64,000 bases of DNA from NCBI GenBank assembly GCA_030390025.1, contig CM059431.1, positions 150,290,001-150,354,000 on the forward strand, given 5' to 3'. Source of the DNA: Squalus acanthias. Lineage: Eukaryota. Made by a program: the position numbers and the translations under genes. How positions within the stretch are numbered: position 1 is the first letter of the stretch; each line of letters begins with the position of its first letter. Positions 37,511 to 48,612 of the stretch are shown here, in pieces. The notes beneath the pieces were generated by a model that did no database searches, had not been told where the DNA came from, and was given only the letters and a program-made list of their open reading frames with translations.

Positions 37511-38216
37511 NNNNNNNNNNNNNNNNNNNNNNNNNNNNNNNNNNNNNNNNNNNNNNNNNNNNNNNNNNNNNNNNNNNNNNNNNNNNNNNNNNNNNNNNNN
37601 NNNNNNNNNNNNNNNNNNNNNNNNNNNNNNNNNNNNNNNNNNNNNNNNNNNNNNNNNNNNNNNNNNNNNNNNNNNNNNNNNNNNNNNNNNNNNNNNNNNN
37701 NNNNNNNNNNNNNNNNNNNNNNNNNNNNNNNNNNNNNNNNNNNNNNNNNNNNNNNNNNNNNNNNNNNNNNNNNNNNNNNNNNNNNNNNNNNNNNNNNNNN
37801 NNNNNNNNNNNNNNNNNNNNNNNNNNNNNNNNNNNNNNNNNNNNNNNNNNNNNNNNNNNNNNNNNNNNNNNNNNNNNNNNNNNNNNNNNNNNNNNNNNNN
37901 NNNNNNNNNNNNNNNNNNNNNNNNNNNNNNNNNNNNNNNNNNNNNNNNNNNNNNNNNNNNNNNNNNNNNNNNNNNNNNNNNNNNNNNNNNNNNNNNNNNN
38001 NNNNNNNNNNNNNNNNNNNNNNNNNNNNNNNNNNNNNNNNNNNNNNNNNNNNNNNNNNNNNNNNNNNNNNNNNNNNNNNNNNNNNNNNNNNNNNNNNNNN
38101 NNNNNNNNNNNNNNNNNNNNNNNNNNNNNNNNNNNNNNNNNNNNNNNNNNNNNNNNNNNNNNNNNNNNNNNNNNNNNNNNNNNNNNNNNNNNNNNNNNNN
38201 NNNNNNNNNNNNNNNN
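37511..38216. other. Assembly gap (706 N)
   Basis: Run of N. Confidence 1.
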
Positions 38217-38317
38217 GCAGCAGAACTCGTGTGCGGCCTCACCCTCCGGGGAGCTGGCACCTGCACTACCCCCTGCCCTGGCTGCAGGCCAGTCGTGCCC
38301 GGTGACTCTCCAACCAG

Positions 38318-38602
38318 AATAACAACTTGCCTTTATATAGCGCCTTTAACGTAGTAAAACGTCCCAGGGTGCCTCACAGGACCATTATCAAACAAAATTT
38401 GACACTGAGCCATGTAAGGAGATATTAGGGTAGACGACCAAAAGCTTGGTCAAAGAGTGAGGTTTTAAGGAGCGTCTTAAAAGGAGGAAAGAGAGGCCGA
38501 GAGGTTTAGGGGGGAATTCCAGAGCTTAGGGCCTCGGCAGCTGAAGGCACGGCCGCCAATGGTGGAGCGATTAAAATCAGGGATGCTCAAGAGGGCACAA
38601 TT
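38318..38602 (-). mobile_element. L2 3' end
   Basis: Reverse-complement homologue of 34810-35085. Confidence 0.8.
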
Positions 38603-38610
38603 AGGGGAGT

Positions 38611-38684
38611 CAATGGAACTGAATATCAGGCAGTGCGTATAACTGGCGGCTGATCCAATACCGCCCAAGACGAATTTCTAGCCC
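38611..38684. mobile_element. One terminal inverted repeat of an AT-targeting DNA element (partner at 40844-40918)
   Basis: About 75-bp homology to 40844-40918, both ending GACGAATTTCTAG(G)CCC followed by AT. Confidence 0.75.
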
Positions 38685-38711
38685 ATGGTTTCAAATACTA
38701 CAACTCAACAT

Positions 38712-39207
38712 CTTCTTCTTAAGCAGTCCCTCGGAACCGAGGATGACTTGCTTCCACATTAAAAATGAATTCTCAGGTGACTGATGAGCCCAATGCGGGA
38801 CCTACAGTCTCTGTCACAGGTGGGGCAGATGGTGGTTGAAGGGGTGGGCGGGTGGGTGGGGTGCTTGGGTTGACGTGCGCTCCTTGCGCTGCCTGCGCTT
38901 GGCTTCCGCTTGCTCCCGGCGAAGAGACTCTAGGTGTTGGGCACCTTCCCGGATGCTTCTCCTCCACTTTGTGCGGTCTGGGGCCAGGGATTCCCAGGTG
39001 TCGGTGGGGATGTTGCACTTTTTCAAGGAGGCTTCAAGGGTGTCCTTTGAAGCATTTCCTCTGCCCACCTGGGGCTCTCTTGCCGTGTCGGAGCTCCGAG
39101 TGGAGCGCTTGTTTTGGGAGTCTCGTCTCGGGCATGCGGACGGTGTGGCCCGTCCATCGGAGCTGATCGAGCGTGGTCAAAGCTTCGACGCTGGGGATGT
39201 TGGCCTG
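38712..39207 (-). mobile_element. 5'-truncated RTE LINE
   Basis: Highly similar to 632-1134; AACAT duplicated at 38707-38711 and 39208-39212. Confidence 0.9.
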
Positions 39208-39221
39208 AACATACCATAGAT

Positions 39222-39272
39222 TCCACAGATGCTGCCTGACCTGCTGAGTATTTCCAGCATTTTCTGTTTTCG
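39222..39272 (+). mobile_element. 51-bp retroposed terminal fragment, probably Penelope-type
   Basis: TCCACAGATGCTGCCTGACCTGCTGAGTATTTCCAGCATTTTCTG flanked by the 10-bp duplication TACCATAGAT (39212-39221 and 39273-39282); a similar end occurs at 1-25. Family from memory. Confidence 0.65.
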
Positions 39273-39310
39273 TACCATAGATGAATTGAGGTCTATCTTT
39301 GCATGTCATG

Positions 39311-39725
39311 ATGCGGAGTTGGACTGGAACTTGGCTATCCGCACCCATGAGGACGGCCTCAACCGGGATCTCGGTTTCATGTCACGCTACAGGACGTGAC
39401 TAGAGTCCAGACTCGAGTCGTCGTTGTCTTGTTCACAGATGTGATTTCCAGTTTAAAAAAAAGTAAAAAGCTTAACTGCAGACTGTAGCATTTGACACGT
39501 TGAACCCCTGTGACCCCACCTCATTGTCTTAGCTGTACTCTGCTGTGTCTTTGATGTAATGCCTCCCTGACGGATTGTATCTCTGCAGACACATTGTTCT
39601 CTGTCTATATATACTTTGTAACTGATTTGTATTCCTTCACTTCACCTGACGAAGGAGCAGCGCTCCGAAAGCTCGTGATTTCAAATAAAACTGTTGGACT
39701 ATAACCTGGTGTTGTGCGACTTCTC
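39311..39725 (+). mobile_element. Penelope-like element 3' end
   Basis: RTHEDGLNRDLGFMSRY (GIY-YIG C-terminal GLN motif) at 39340-39399; hammerhead motif; AATAAA; 16-bp flanking duplication with 2 mismatches (39295-39310 and 39726-39741). Confidence 0.85.
39642..39678 (+). ncRNA. Minimal type I hammerhead ribozyme motif
   Basis: TCAC CTGACGA A GGAGC agc GCTCC GAAA GC TC GTGA: helix I TCAC/GTGA, CUGANGA box, 5-bp helix II, GAAA box, palindromic AGCU helix III. Confidence 0.8.
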
Positions 39726-40009
39726 ATTTTTGCATCTCATGCCTTACCTGAAGAGCTTGTTTCTGACAGTGGCCCTGAGTTTATTGCTGATTGGTCCATC
39801 CCGATGTCAGTCAGCCAAATGCTCCCTGTCACTGCTGTCCAAGCTGAGAGCGCAGGTTGGGAAGTGTTGGCCATTGTAAATCACCCACAATGCATTGTGC
39901 ATCATCTCAGCTGCACATGCAATGTCCCCATCTAACTCCTGGCATAAACTTCACCTCTTCCCTCAACTCTGCTGCCCTGTATCCTAACTCGCACCAAGTC
40001 CGGTTCACC

Positions 40010-40567
40010 GCCCCGAGCGAGCGGACTACCTGCGAGGGAGACAGTCGGAAAGCGACACAATGAAGGAGTGTTGTCAGAATTCAAATGTGTCGCTGACACA
40101 AGGGAGCCGAGAGGTGAGTATTTGTGGTAAGTTTTTTTTGTTCTGAGTATATTTCTGCTAAGTAGATCATAACCTATTGAATAGAGGGAAGTGCTGATTG
40201 GTGGGTAGCTGTTCAGTGTTTCTTGTTCAGTTTTAAGTTTATTTCTGCTAAATTACCTCCATAGTCTGGTAAATAGAGGCAAGGCAGGGCAGCTCCGTCC
40301 CGTGATTTGCACATCCTGTGACATGTGGGGAATCCTGGATGCTTCTTGCGGTCTGGACGACCACGTGAGCAGGAAGTGTCGCCGACTGCAGCAACTCGAG
40401 CTGCGGGTTTCGGAGCCTGAGCAGCAGCTGGAGTCACTACAGTGCATCCGCGAGGCTGAGAAATACTTGGAAAGCACGTTTCTAGAAACGGTCACCCCGC
40501 AGACTCAGAATGTGCAGGCAGAGAGGGAATGGGTGACCGCCAGACAGAGGAGGAGGACCAGGCAGGA
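40010..40567 (+). mobile_element. CR1 5' fragment with ORF1 N-terminus (zinc finger / leucine zipper)
   Basis: VICTSCDMW...DHVSRKCRRLQQLELRVSEPEQQLESLQCIREAE...VTP...WVT. Confidence 0.78.
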
Positions 40568-40840
40568 GAAGAGATACAGGGGGGGATGTGAGGAAAAACT
40601 TTTTTACGCAGCGAGTGGTGATGACCTGGAACTCGCTGCCGACGGAAGTGGTGGAAGCGGAGACACTCAATGTTTTCAAGGGGAGACTGGATAGGCACGT
40701 GAGGGAAATAAACTTGCAGGGCTCCGGGGATAGAGCGGGGGAATGGGACTGACTGGATTGCTCTACAGAGAGCTGGCACGGACTCAATGAACACGGACTG
40801 AATGGCCTCCTTCTGTGCCGTTATGACTCTGTGACTATGA
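40568..40840 (+). mobile_element. CR1 3' fragment
   Basis: [14 protein letters not shown]...WNSLP...FKGRLDRH; reverse-complement homologue of 57757-58010. Confidence 0.82.
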
Positions 40841-42362
40841 CTGCAATAGTACTGAAGATCAGGCGCTGCGTGTCACGAGTGGCTGATCCAATACTGCCCG
40901 TGACGAATTTCTAGGCCCATGTGTTTCACTTGAATCCACTTTGAGTGACTCTCTACAAGTACCTGGAAATAATCATTTGCTTTCTCACAGAAGTCTACAT
41001 GTACTCTCTGAAAAGGTCTACCTGGCCATGACCAGGGTTGTAGTGGAGTTTTGGGTGGCTTGTTTCTGCAATTTTGGCAAACGCTGCATTTGCTGACAAG
41101 TGATTCAAGATCGCTCTCCAATCCAGGCCAGTAAACAAAGCTTCTTGCAATTGATTTCATACTGACGATCCCTGGATGTTCAGTATGAAGTTCGGCCAGA
41201 ATTCTATCTCGCAAAGAGGTAGATACCACCACTCTGTTTCCCCACTTGATACAACCTTGCTCACAAGACAATTCAGTATGGCGGTTATGGAAATGTTTCA
41301 ACTCTGTGTCCAGACACTGATCAGTCCATCCATTCAAGGTGTTTTCATACACTCTTTTCAGTACTGAGTCCTTCTGAGTCTCATCTGCAATCTCAGTTGC
41401 TTTCACGGGAAAGTCTTTGTCAACTGCACCAACTTGAAAATCTCACCTTCACTCCTAACACACGAGTCTTCATGTGGCAACCTGGACAAGGCATCTGCGA
41501 TTGCGTTTTGCTTTGAAGTGCGATATTCAATCGTGTAGTCATATTGTGACAACAACACTGCCCAACGTTGCATTCTTGATGCGGCCATTGCAGGGATGGC
41601 AGATTTGGGCCCCAATATTGCTAGGAGCGGTTTGTGATCGGTTATCAGGGTAAACTTTCTGCCGGTCAGGAACTGTTGGAATTTCTTGATTCCAAACACT
41701 ATGGCGAGTGCTTCCTTTTCAATTTGCATGTAGTTCCTTTCACTTTTTGTGAGGGTTTGCGATGCGAACACGATTGGTTTCTCTTGGCTGTCATCCATTA
41801 TGTGGCTTATGACAGCTCCCACACCGTAGCTGGAAGCATCACACGCTAACTTAAGCTCACTCTCTGTGTCGTAGTGCACAAGTAGAGCATTGCTAGTGAG
41901 ACTTCTCTTACAAGCATCGTAAGCTTCCTGTTGCGCTTTCGTCCACCTCCACTGCACATCCTTCTTGAGGAGCTCGTGCAATGGAGCTAGCATGGTCTCT
42001 AACTCAGGTAAGAAACGTGCGTAATACTGGACCATTCCAAGGAAAGATCTTAACTCAGACACGGTCTCTGGCTTTGGAGCATTGATGACAGCATCAACCA
42101 TTTCCTTCACTGGTTGCAAGCCATTTGCATCAACTTTCAGACCAAGGTACACAACCTCGGGCTGCACAAAAGCACATTTGCTCCTTTTCAATTGGATATT
42201 GTGGATATTCAACCTTTGAAGCACTATATCTAACACTTCTAGATTTTCTTCCTCGCTGCTTGTTGCGATCAGCACATCATCTTGATTGCATAGGGAATTT
42301 GGAACTCCTTGCAAAATCTTATCCATCATCGCCTGGAAGATTTTGGGGGAGGACTTTACACC

Positions 42363-43418
42363 ATAGAAACATAGAAGATAGGAGCAGGAGTAGGCCATTC
42401 AGCCCCTCAAGCCTGCTCTGCCATTCGATGAGATCATGGCTGATCATCCAAACTCAGTACCCTGTACCTGCCTTCTCCCCATATCCCTTGATACCTTTAG
42501 CTTTAAGAAATATATCTAAATCATTCTTGAATATATTTAATGAATTGGCCTCAACTACCTTCTGTGGTAGAGAATTCCACAGGTGTCACCACTCTCTGAG
42601 TGAAGAAATTCTTCCTCATTTCTGTCCTAAATGGCTTACCCCTTATCCTTAGATTATGACCCCTGGTTCTGGACTCTCCGACCATCGTGAACATTCTTCC
42701 TGCATCTAGTTTGTCCAGACCTGTCAGAATTTTATATGTTTCGATGAGATCCCCTCTCATTCTTCTATACTCCAGCGAGTATAAGCCCAATCGACCCAAT
42801 CTCTCCTCATATGTCATTCCTGCCATCCCAGGTATCAGCCTTGTGAATCTTCGCTGAACTCCTTCCATGGCAAGAACATCCTTCCTCAGATAAGGCAACC
42901 AAAACTGCACACAATACTCAAGGTGTGGTCTCACCAAGGCCCTGTACAACTGCAGCAGGACATCCCTGTTCCTGTACTCAAACCCTTTCGCTATGAAGGC
43001 CAACATACCATTTGCCTTCATCACCGACTGCTGCACCTGCATGCTTACCTTCAGCGACTGGTGCACAAGGACACCCAGGTCTCATTGCACTTCCCCTTCT
43101 CCCAATCTATTGCCATTCAGATAATAGTTTGCCTTTCTGTTTTTGACACCAAAGTGGATAACCTCGCATTTATCCACGTTATATTGCATCTGCCACGCTT
43201 CTGCCCACTCACCCAACCTGTCCAAATCATCCTGGAGTTTCTCGGTATGCTCCTCGGAGCACACACGCCCACCCAGCTTTGTGTCATCTGCAAACTTGGA
43301 GATATTACATTTAGTTCCCTTATCTAGATCATTAATGTATATTGTGAATAGCTGGGGTCCAAGGACCGATCCCTGCGGTACCCCACTAGTCACTGCTTGC
43401 CACTCGGAAAAAGACCCT
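42363..43418 (-). mobile_element. CR1 inserted in the Gypsy RT
   Basis: Splits YTKLP|YGVKSSP; carries CR1 RT motifs and tail. Confidence 0.93.
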
Positions 43419-43802
43419 TGGCAGCTTGGTGTATGAGTACAGCCCCTTGTGTGTGTTGATGGTGAGATACTGTTGACTTTCTTTGTAAACATTCAGCTGA
43501 GTGTAAGTGTGCGACAGATCAAGCTTAGAGAAAACCTTTGACCCAGAGAGTGCTGCATACAAATCTGGCAATGTAGGTAACAGGTACTGCTCATTGTCAA
43601 CTGATCGGTTGATAGTAACTTTGTAGTCACCGCATAAGCGCAGTTCTGTTTGCTTTGGCACGACCACAATCGGGGTAGCCCATTCACTTTTGTCAGTTTT
43701 TACTAGCACTCCCTTCTCTCTGAGCTTCTCGAGCTCTTCCTCCACCTGACTTTACAACGCCTTGCCTTACAATAGACAGGCTTCGTGTTGGACTTGATGC
43801 GG

Positions 43803-45798
43803 AGGGCGTATAAAATAGCCAAAAAAAACGCCAGAGCGGAAGATTGGGAACAGTTTAAGATAGAGCAAAGGAGGACAAAGGGCTTAATGAAGAGGGGCAA
43901 AATAGCTTACGAAAGCAAGCTGGCGGAAAATATAAAAACTAACTCCAAAAGCTTTTATAAGTATATCAAGAGGAAAAGACTGGTGAAAACCAAAGTTGGT
44001 CCATTGCAGTCAGATACGGGGGAATATATAACGGGAAATAAGGAAATGGCAGACCAACTAAATGCATACTTTGGGTCAGTCTTTACGAAGGAAGACACAA
44101 AAAACCTCCCTGGGATATCGGGAAAAATAGGGACATTGGCAAAGGAGGAACTGACGCAAATTAATATCTCTAAGGATATGGTGTTAAGGAAGCTAAAGGG
44201 ATTGAAGGCGGACAAATCCCCAGGGCCTGATAACATGCATCCTAGGGTACTGAAGGAGGTGGCCCTAGAGATAGCGGATGCACTAAGTATGATTTTTCAG
44301 AATTCATTAGACTCGGGAACAGTGCCCATGGATTGGAGGGTAGCTAACGTTACCCCACTATTCAAAAAGGGGGGTAGGGAAAAAGCAGGTAATTACAGAC
44401 CTGTAAGCCTTACATCAGTTGTGGGCAAAATGCTGGAGTCCATCATTAAGGATGAAATAGCGGAGCACTTAGCAAATGGGGACAGGATAGGACAGAGTCA
44501 ACATGGATTTACAAAGGGTAAATCGTGCTTGACTAATCTATTGGAATTTTTTGAGGGAGTAACTGGTAAAATAGATGGGGGAGAGCCAGTAGATGTGGTG
44601 TACCTGGACTTCCAAAAGGCCTTCGACAAGGTCCCACATAAAAGATTAGCATGGAAAATTGAAGCTCATGGGATAAAGGGGAAAGTATTGACATGGATAG
44701 AGAACTGGCTGTCAGATAGAAAACAGAGAGTTGGAATAAACGGCTCATTTTCTGAATGGCAGGCAGTAACAAGTGGGGTACCACAGGGATCTGTCCTGGG
44801 TCCCCAGCTGTTCACAATTTACATTAATGACCTGGATCAGGGAGTCGGATGCAGCATTTCCAAATTTGCAGACGACACTAAACTTGGAGGGGGGGTGGGC
44901 TCAGAGGAGGAGACCAGGAAGCTCCAGAGCGATTTGGACAGACTGGGTGATTGGGCGGATAAATGGCAGATGCACTATAATGTGGACAAGTGCGAAGTTA
45001 TCCACCTTGGGTGCAGGAACGGGAGGGCAAATTATTATTTAAATGGCAATAAATTGGGAGAGGGGGAAGTACAGAGAGACCTGGGTGTTCTTGTACACCA
45101 GTCACTGAAGGCGAGCATGCAGGTGCAGCAGGCGGTCAAGAAGGCAAACGGTATGCCGGCCTTCATAGCAAAAGGGTTGGAATACAGGAACAGGGATACC
45201 TTGCTGCAGCTGTACAGGGCACTGGTGAGACCACACCTCGAGTACTGTGTACAGTTTTGGTCGCCTCATCTGAGGAAAGATGTTCTTGCCATGGAGGGGG
45301 TGCAGCGGCGATTCACCAGGCTGATACCAGGAATGGCGGGATTGACCTATGAGGAGAGACTATGTAGTTTAGGGATGTACACACTGGAGTTTAGAAGATT
45401 GAGAGGGGACCTCATAGAAGTGTATAAAATTCTGACAGGTCTAGACAGACTAGATGCAGAAGGAATGTTTCCCTTGGCGGGTGAGAACAGAACTAGAGGA
45501 CATAATTTAAGGATAAGGGCTAAACCATTTAGGACAGAAATGAGGGGGAATTTCTTCACTCAGAGGGTGGTGAACCTGTGGAACTCATTGCCACAGAGGG
45601 CAGTGTACGCCAGCTCATTAAATATATTTAAGAGGGAATTAGATATATTTCTACAGGCAAAAGGGGTTAAGGGTTACGGAGAGAAGGCGGGGACGGGATA
45701 CTGAATTGGAGGATCAGCCATGATCTCATTAAATGGCGGAGCAGGCTCGAAGGGCCGGATGGCCTACTCCTGCTCCTATCTTCTATGTATCTATGTAT
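43803..45798 (+). mobile_element. Young 5'-truncated CR1 with uninterrupted RT reading frame, inserted in the Gypsy PR-RT linker
   Basis: 639-aa ORF 43785-45704; only scattered differences from 31424-33420. Confidence 0.97.
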
Positions 45799-47167
45799 GT
45801 ATACCCAGTGATGCCCTCTTCACTGTCTGTGAACATGCTTTCGTACTTGTTCAGCATTGTGTCGAGTCGCTTCTTTGAAGCATCTACACTGAAGACGTTT
45901 TTCCAGTCTCGTTTTAACTTTCTCAACCAGTCTTTGCCCATGAAAGAAAGAGAGTAAGTATGAGGGTTGGCCTATTGTTGTAGCTCGCTACAATAACAGG
46001 CAGCTTTACTGACTGGCCATTGTGCTGAACTGTACATTCCATTTGTCCACATGTCTCTAGGATTTCTCCGGAGTAGGTTTTGAACTCTACGGTACTCTTT
46101 GGAAGTGGTATTTGATTAAGCTTACTTTCATATGTGTCCTTACTCATGATAGAGCAGTCCGCCGCCGTGTCGATACACGTATCAATATATCGCTCGTTGA
46201 TCAAAAGTTTTGTACGGAAGTCTTTCTCACGACTGCTAACATTGCCGCTAGTGACATTGATACTGTAGATGCCTAGTTCTTCAACATCAGGTGTGTTCAC
46301 TTCAATATTGTGAATTCCTCCCTTTTGTTGTCGCTGCTTTGCATTGCCACTAGACTGGTTCTTACTTTCGATCTAGTTCTGCAAGCTGTTGAAATATGGC
46401 CTTGCTTCTGGCAGTGAAAACACTTTGCATTTCTGTATTGGCAGGACTGTGGAGAGTGATTTCCATTGCCGTGATAACAATTCACTGAACTGCTCTCACC
46501 AACATGCTTTTGACCCGGTCTCACAGCTTTAGGTTTGGCGGTAGCTTTGTGACTGTAGACCTCAGCTGCACTAGTCACTTGAGTTGGACGGAGCTCCCTT
46601 TCTCCATAGATAGGGCAATTTTGCATGCTATGCCAGACGTTAGGTTCGGAGTGTTCAGTAACTTGGACTGTGTGCGCTCATCCACCAGTCCACACACAAA
46701 CTTATCTCGCAATGCACGATCCAAAACTGCGCCGAAGTTACAATGCACAGACAGGTTCTCAAGAGCTACAATGTGCTCACTGATGGTTTCACTTTGTTTT
46801 CGGTTCCTGGTACCAAACTTATAGCTCTCTGCTATTTCTGACGGCTTTGGGTCGAAATGGTCCTCGAGTTTCTCGACAATGTCTTCAAACGGCTCATCCT
46901 TCGTTTTCCCTGGCGCGAGTAGGTTTGCCAACGTTCCGTCGACATCTGGCCCGATCTCCTTTAAAAAAAATTGCTTTTCTCCGCTCACGAATCACTTTAT
47001 TTTGAGCTTGAACATTCTCATCCGCACCTTCGCTCTCAATAATGTTATTGGCCCTAAAAATCCGCTCAGTGTAAAAACTGAATGGTTCGTGAGCTCGGTC
47101 ATACATGCTGAGGCTTCCGATGAATCCCATAGGCGTGGCCATGATTGTCCCGATCCTGTCGAACAGT

Positions 47168-47720
47168 GAAACATAGAAACATAGAAGATAGGAGCAGAGT
47201 AGGCCATTCGGCCCCTCGAGCCTGCTCCGCCATTCGATGAGATCATGGCTGATCATCCAAACTCAGTACCCTGTCCCTGCCTTCTCCCCATATCCCTTGA
47301 TTCCTTTAGCTTTAAGAAATATATCTAACTCATTTTTGAATATATTTAATGACTTGGCCTCAACTACCTTCTGTGGTAGAGAATTCCACAGGTTCACCAC
47401 TCTCTGGGTGAAGAAATTCCTCCTCATTTCTGTCCGAAATGGCTTACCCCTTATCCTTAGATTATGACCCCTGGTTCTGGACTCTCCGACCATCGGGAAC
47501 ATTCTTCCTGCATCTAGTTTGTCCAGACCTGTCAGAATTTTATATGTTTCGATGAGATCCCCTCTCATTCTTCGAAACTCCAGCGAGTATAAGCCCAATC
47601 GACCCAATCTCTCCTCATATGTCATTCCTGCCATCCCAGGTATCAGCCTTGTGAATCTTCGCTGAACTCCTTCCATGGCAAGAACATCCTTCCTCATATA
47701 AGGCGACCAAAACTGCACAC
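47168..47720 (-). mobile_element. CR1 3' fragment in the Gypsy 5' leader
   Basis: VQFWSPYMRKDVLAME...GTGY and tail. Confidence 0.92.
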
Positions 47721-47927
47721 TCAGCACACTACCTGTGTACATTTGAGAATCAACGCCACTGTTGCTGTGTATACATACCCACGAAGGCGAAGCACAGACG
47801 ATTCTGCATGAGCATGAACAGTAAAACATCGCAAAAATTCAGTTTAGTTGTCACAAATTCACCTTAAACTTGTCCACTCGAAGGTTGAACACTGTGTCCT
47901 TCCATGATCCCGAAAAATGGCTTTGTG

Positions 47928-47945
47928 ATCCGATCCTCGTTGCCA
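47928..47945 (-). promoter_or_regulatory. Primer-binding site, tRNA-Ser(GCU) type
   Basis: Minus strand reads CA TTT TGGCAACGAGGATCGGAT, 16/18 to TGGCGACGAGGATGGGAT (complement of the recalled vertebrate tRNA-Ser-GCU 3' end), 3 nt after an LTR-type CA. Confidence 0.8.
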
Positions 47946-47987
47946 AAATGGAAGATATGTGGGCAGAACAAATGAAGGACAGAGACA

Positions 47988-48572
47988 TACGAACATACGA
48001 ATTAGGAGCAGGAGTAGACCATTCGGCCCTTCGAGCCTGCTCCGCCATTCAATAAGATCATGGCTGATCCAATTACTCCACATCCCTGCCTACCCCCGAT
48101 AACCGTTCACCCCCTTGTTTATCAAGAATCTATCTACCTCTGCCTTAAAAATATTCAAAGACACTGCTTCCACCGCTCTCTGAGGAAGAGAGTTCCAAAG
48201 ACTCACCACCCTCTGTGAGAAAAAAATTCTCCTCATCTCTGTCTTAAATGGGCGACCCCTTATTTTTAAACAGTGACCCCTAGTTCTAGATTCTCCCACA
48301 AGAGGAAACATCCTCTCCACATCCACCCTGTCCAGACCCCTCAGGATCTTATATGTTTCAATCAAGTCACCCCTTATTCTTCTAAACGCCAGCGGATACA
48401 AGCCTAGCCTGTCCAACCTTTCCTCATAAGACAACCCGCCCATTCCAGGTATTAGTCTCGTAAACCTTCTCTGAACTGCCTCCAATGCATTCACATCCTT
48501 CCTTAAATAAGGAGACCAATACTGTACACAGTACTCCAGATGCGGTCTCACCAATGCCCTGTATAATGCCCT
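47988..48572 (-). mobile_element. CR1 3' fragment inserted in the Gypsy 5' LTR
   Basis: ORF 48090-48554; GAGACA flanks both sides (47982-47987 and 48573-48578). Confidence 0.9.
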
Positions 48573-48612
48573 GAGACAGGATGAGTTGCTAGACCGCGCG
48601 CTTGCTTTATTA

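Larger units (their letters stand above)
38685..39791 (+). pseudogene. Inverted, interrupted integrase-core segment of the Gypsy element
   Basis: Joining 38685-38711, 39213-39221, 39283-39310 and 39742-39791 reads MVSNTTTQHTIDELRSIFACHALPEELVSDSGPEFIAD. Confidence 0.88.
40919..48611 (-). mobile_element. Decayed Ty3/Gypsy LTR retrotransposon (Mag-like): LTR remnant, PBS, gag, protease, RT, RNase H, integrase N-half
   Basis: gag from ATG at 47142 with LRDKFVCGL and knuckle CFHCQKQGHISTAC; protease IDTAADCS; RT WATPIVVV, CGDYK, KLDL, YTKLP|YGVKSSPKIFQ, QDD; RNase H CDAS, EKEALA, TDHKPL, ADALSR; integrase H-H-C-C and VHVDF. Confidence 0.95.

Noticed and set aside
37472..38305. ORFs spanning the N run
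   Set aside because: Artefacts of the assembly gap.
38217..38315. GC-rich sequence after the gap as the missing PATL1 exon
   Set aside because: No plus-strand frame resembles the PATL1 C-terminus; left unassigned.
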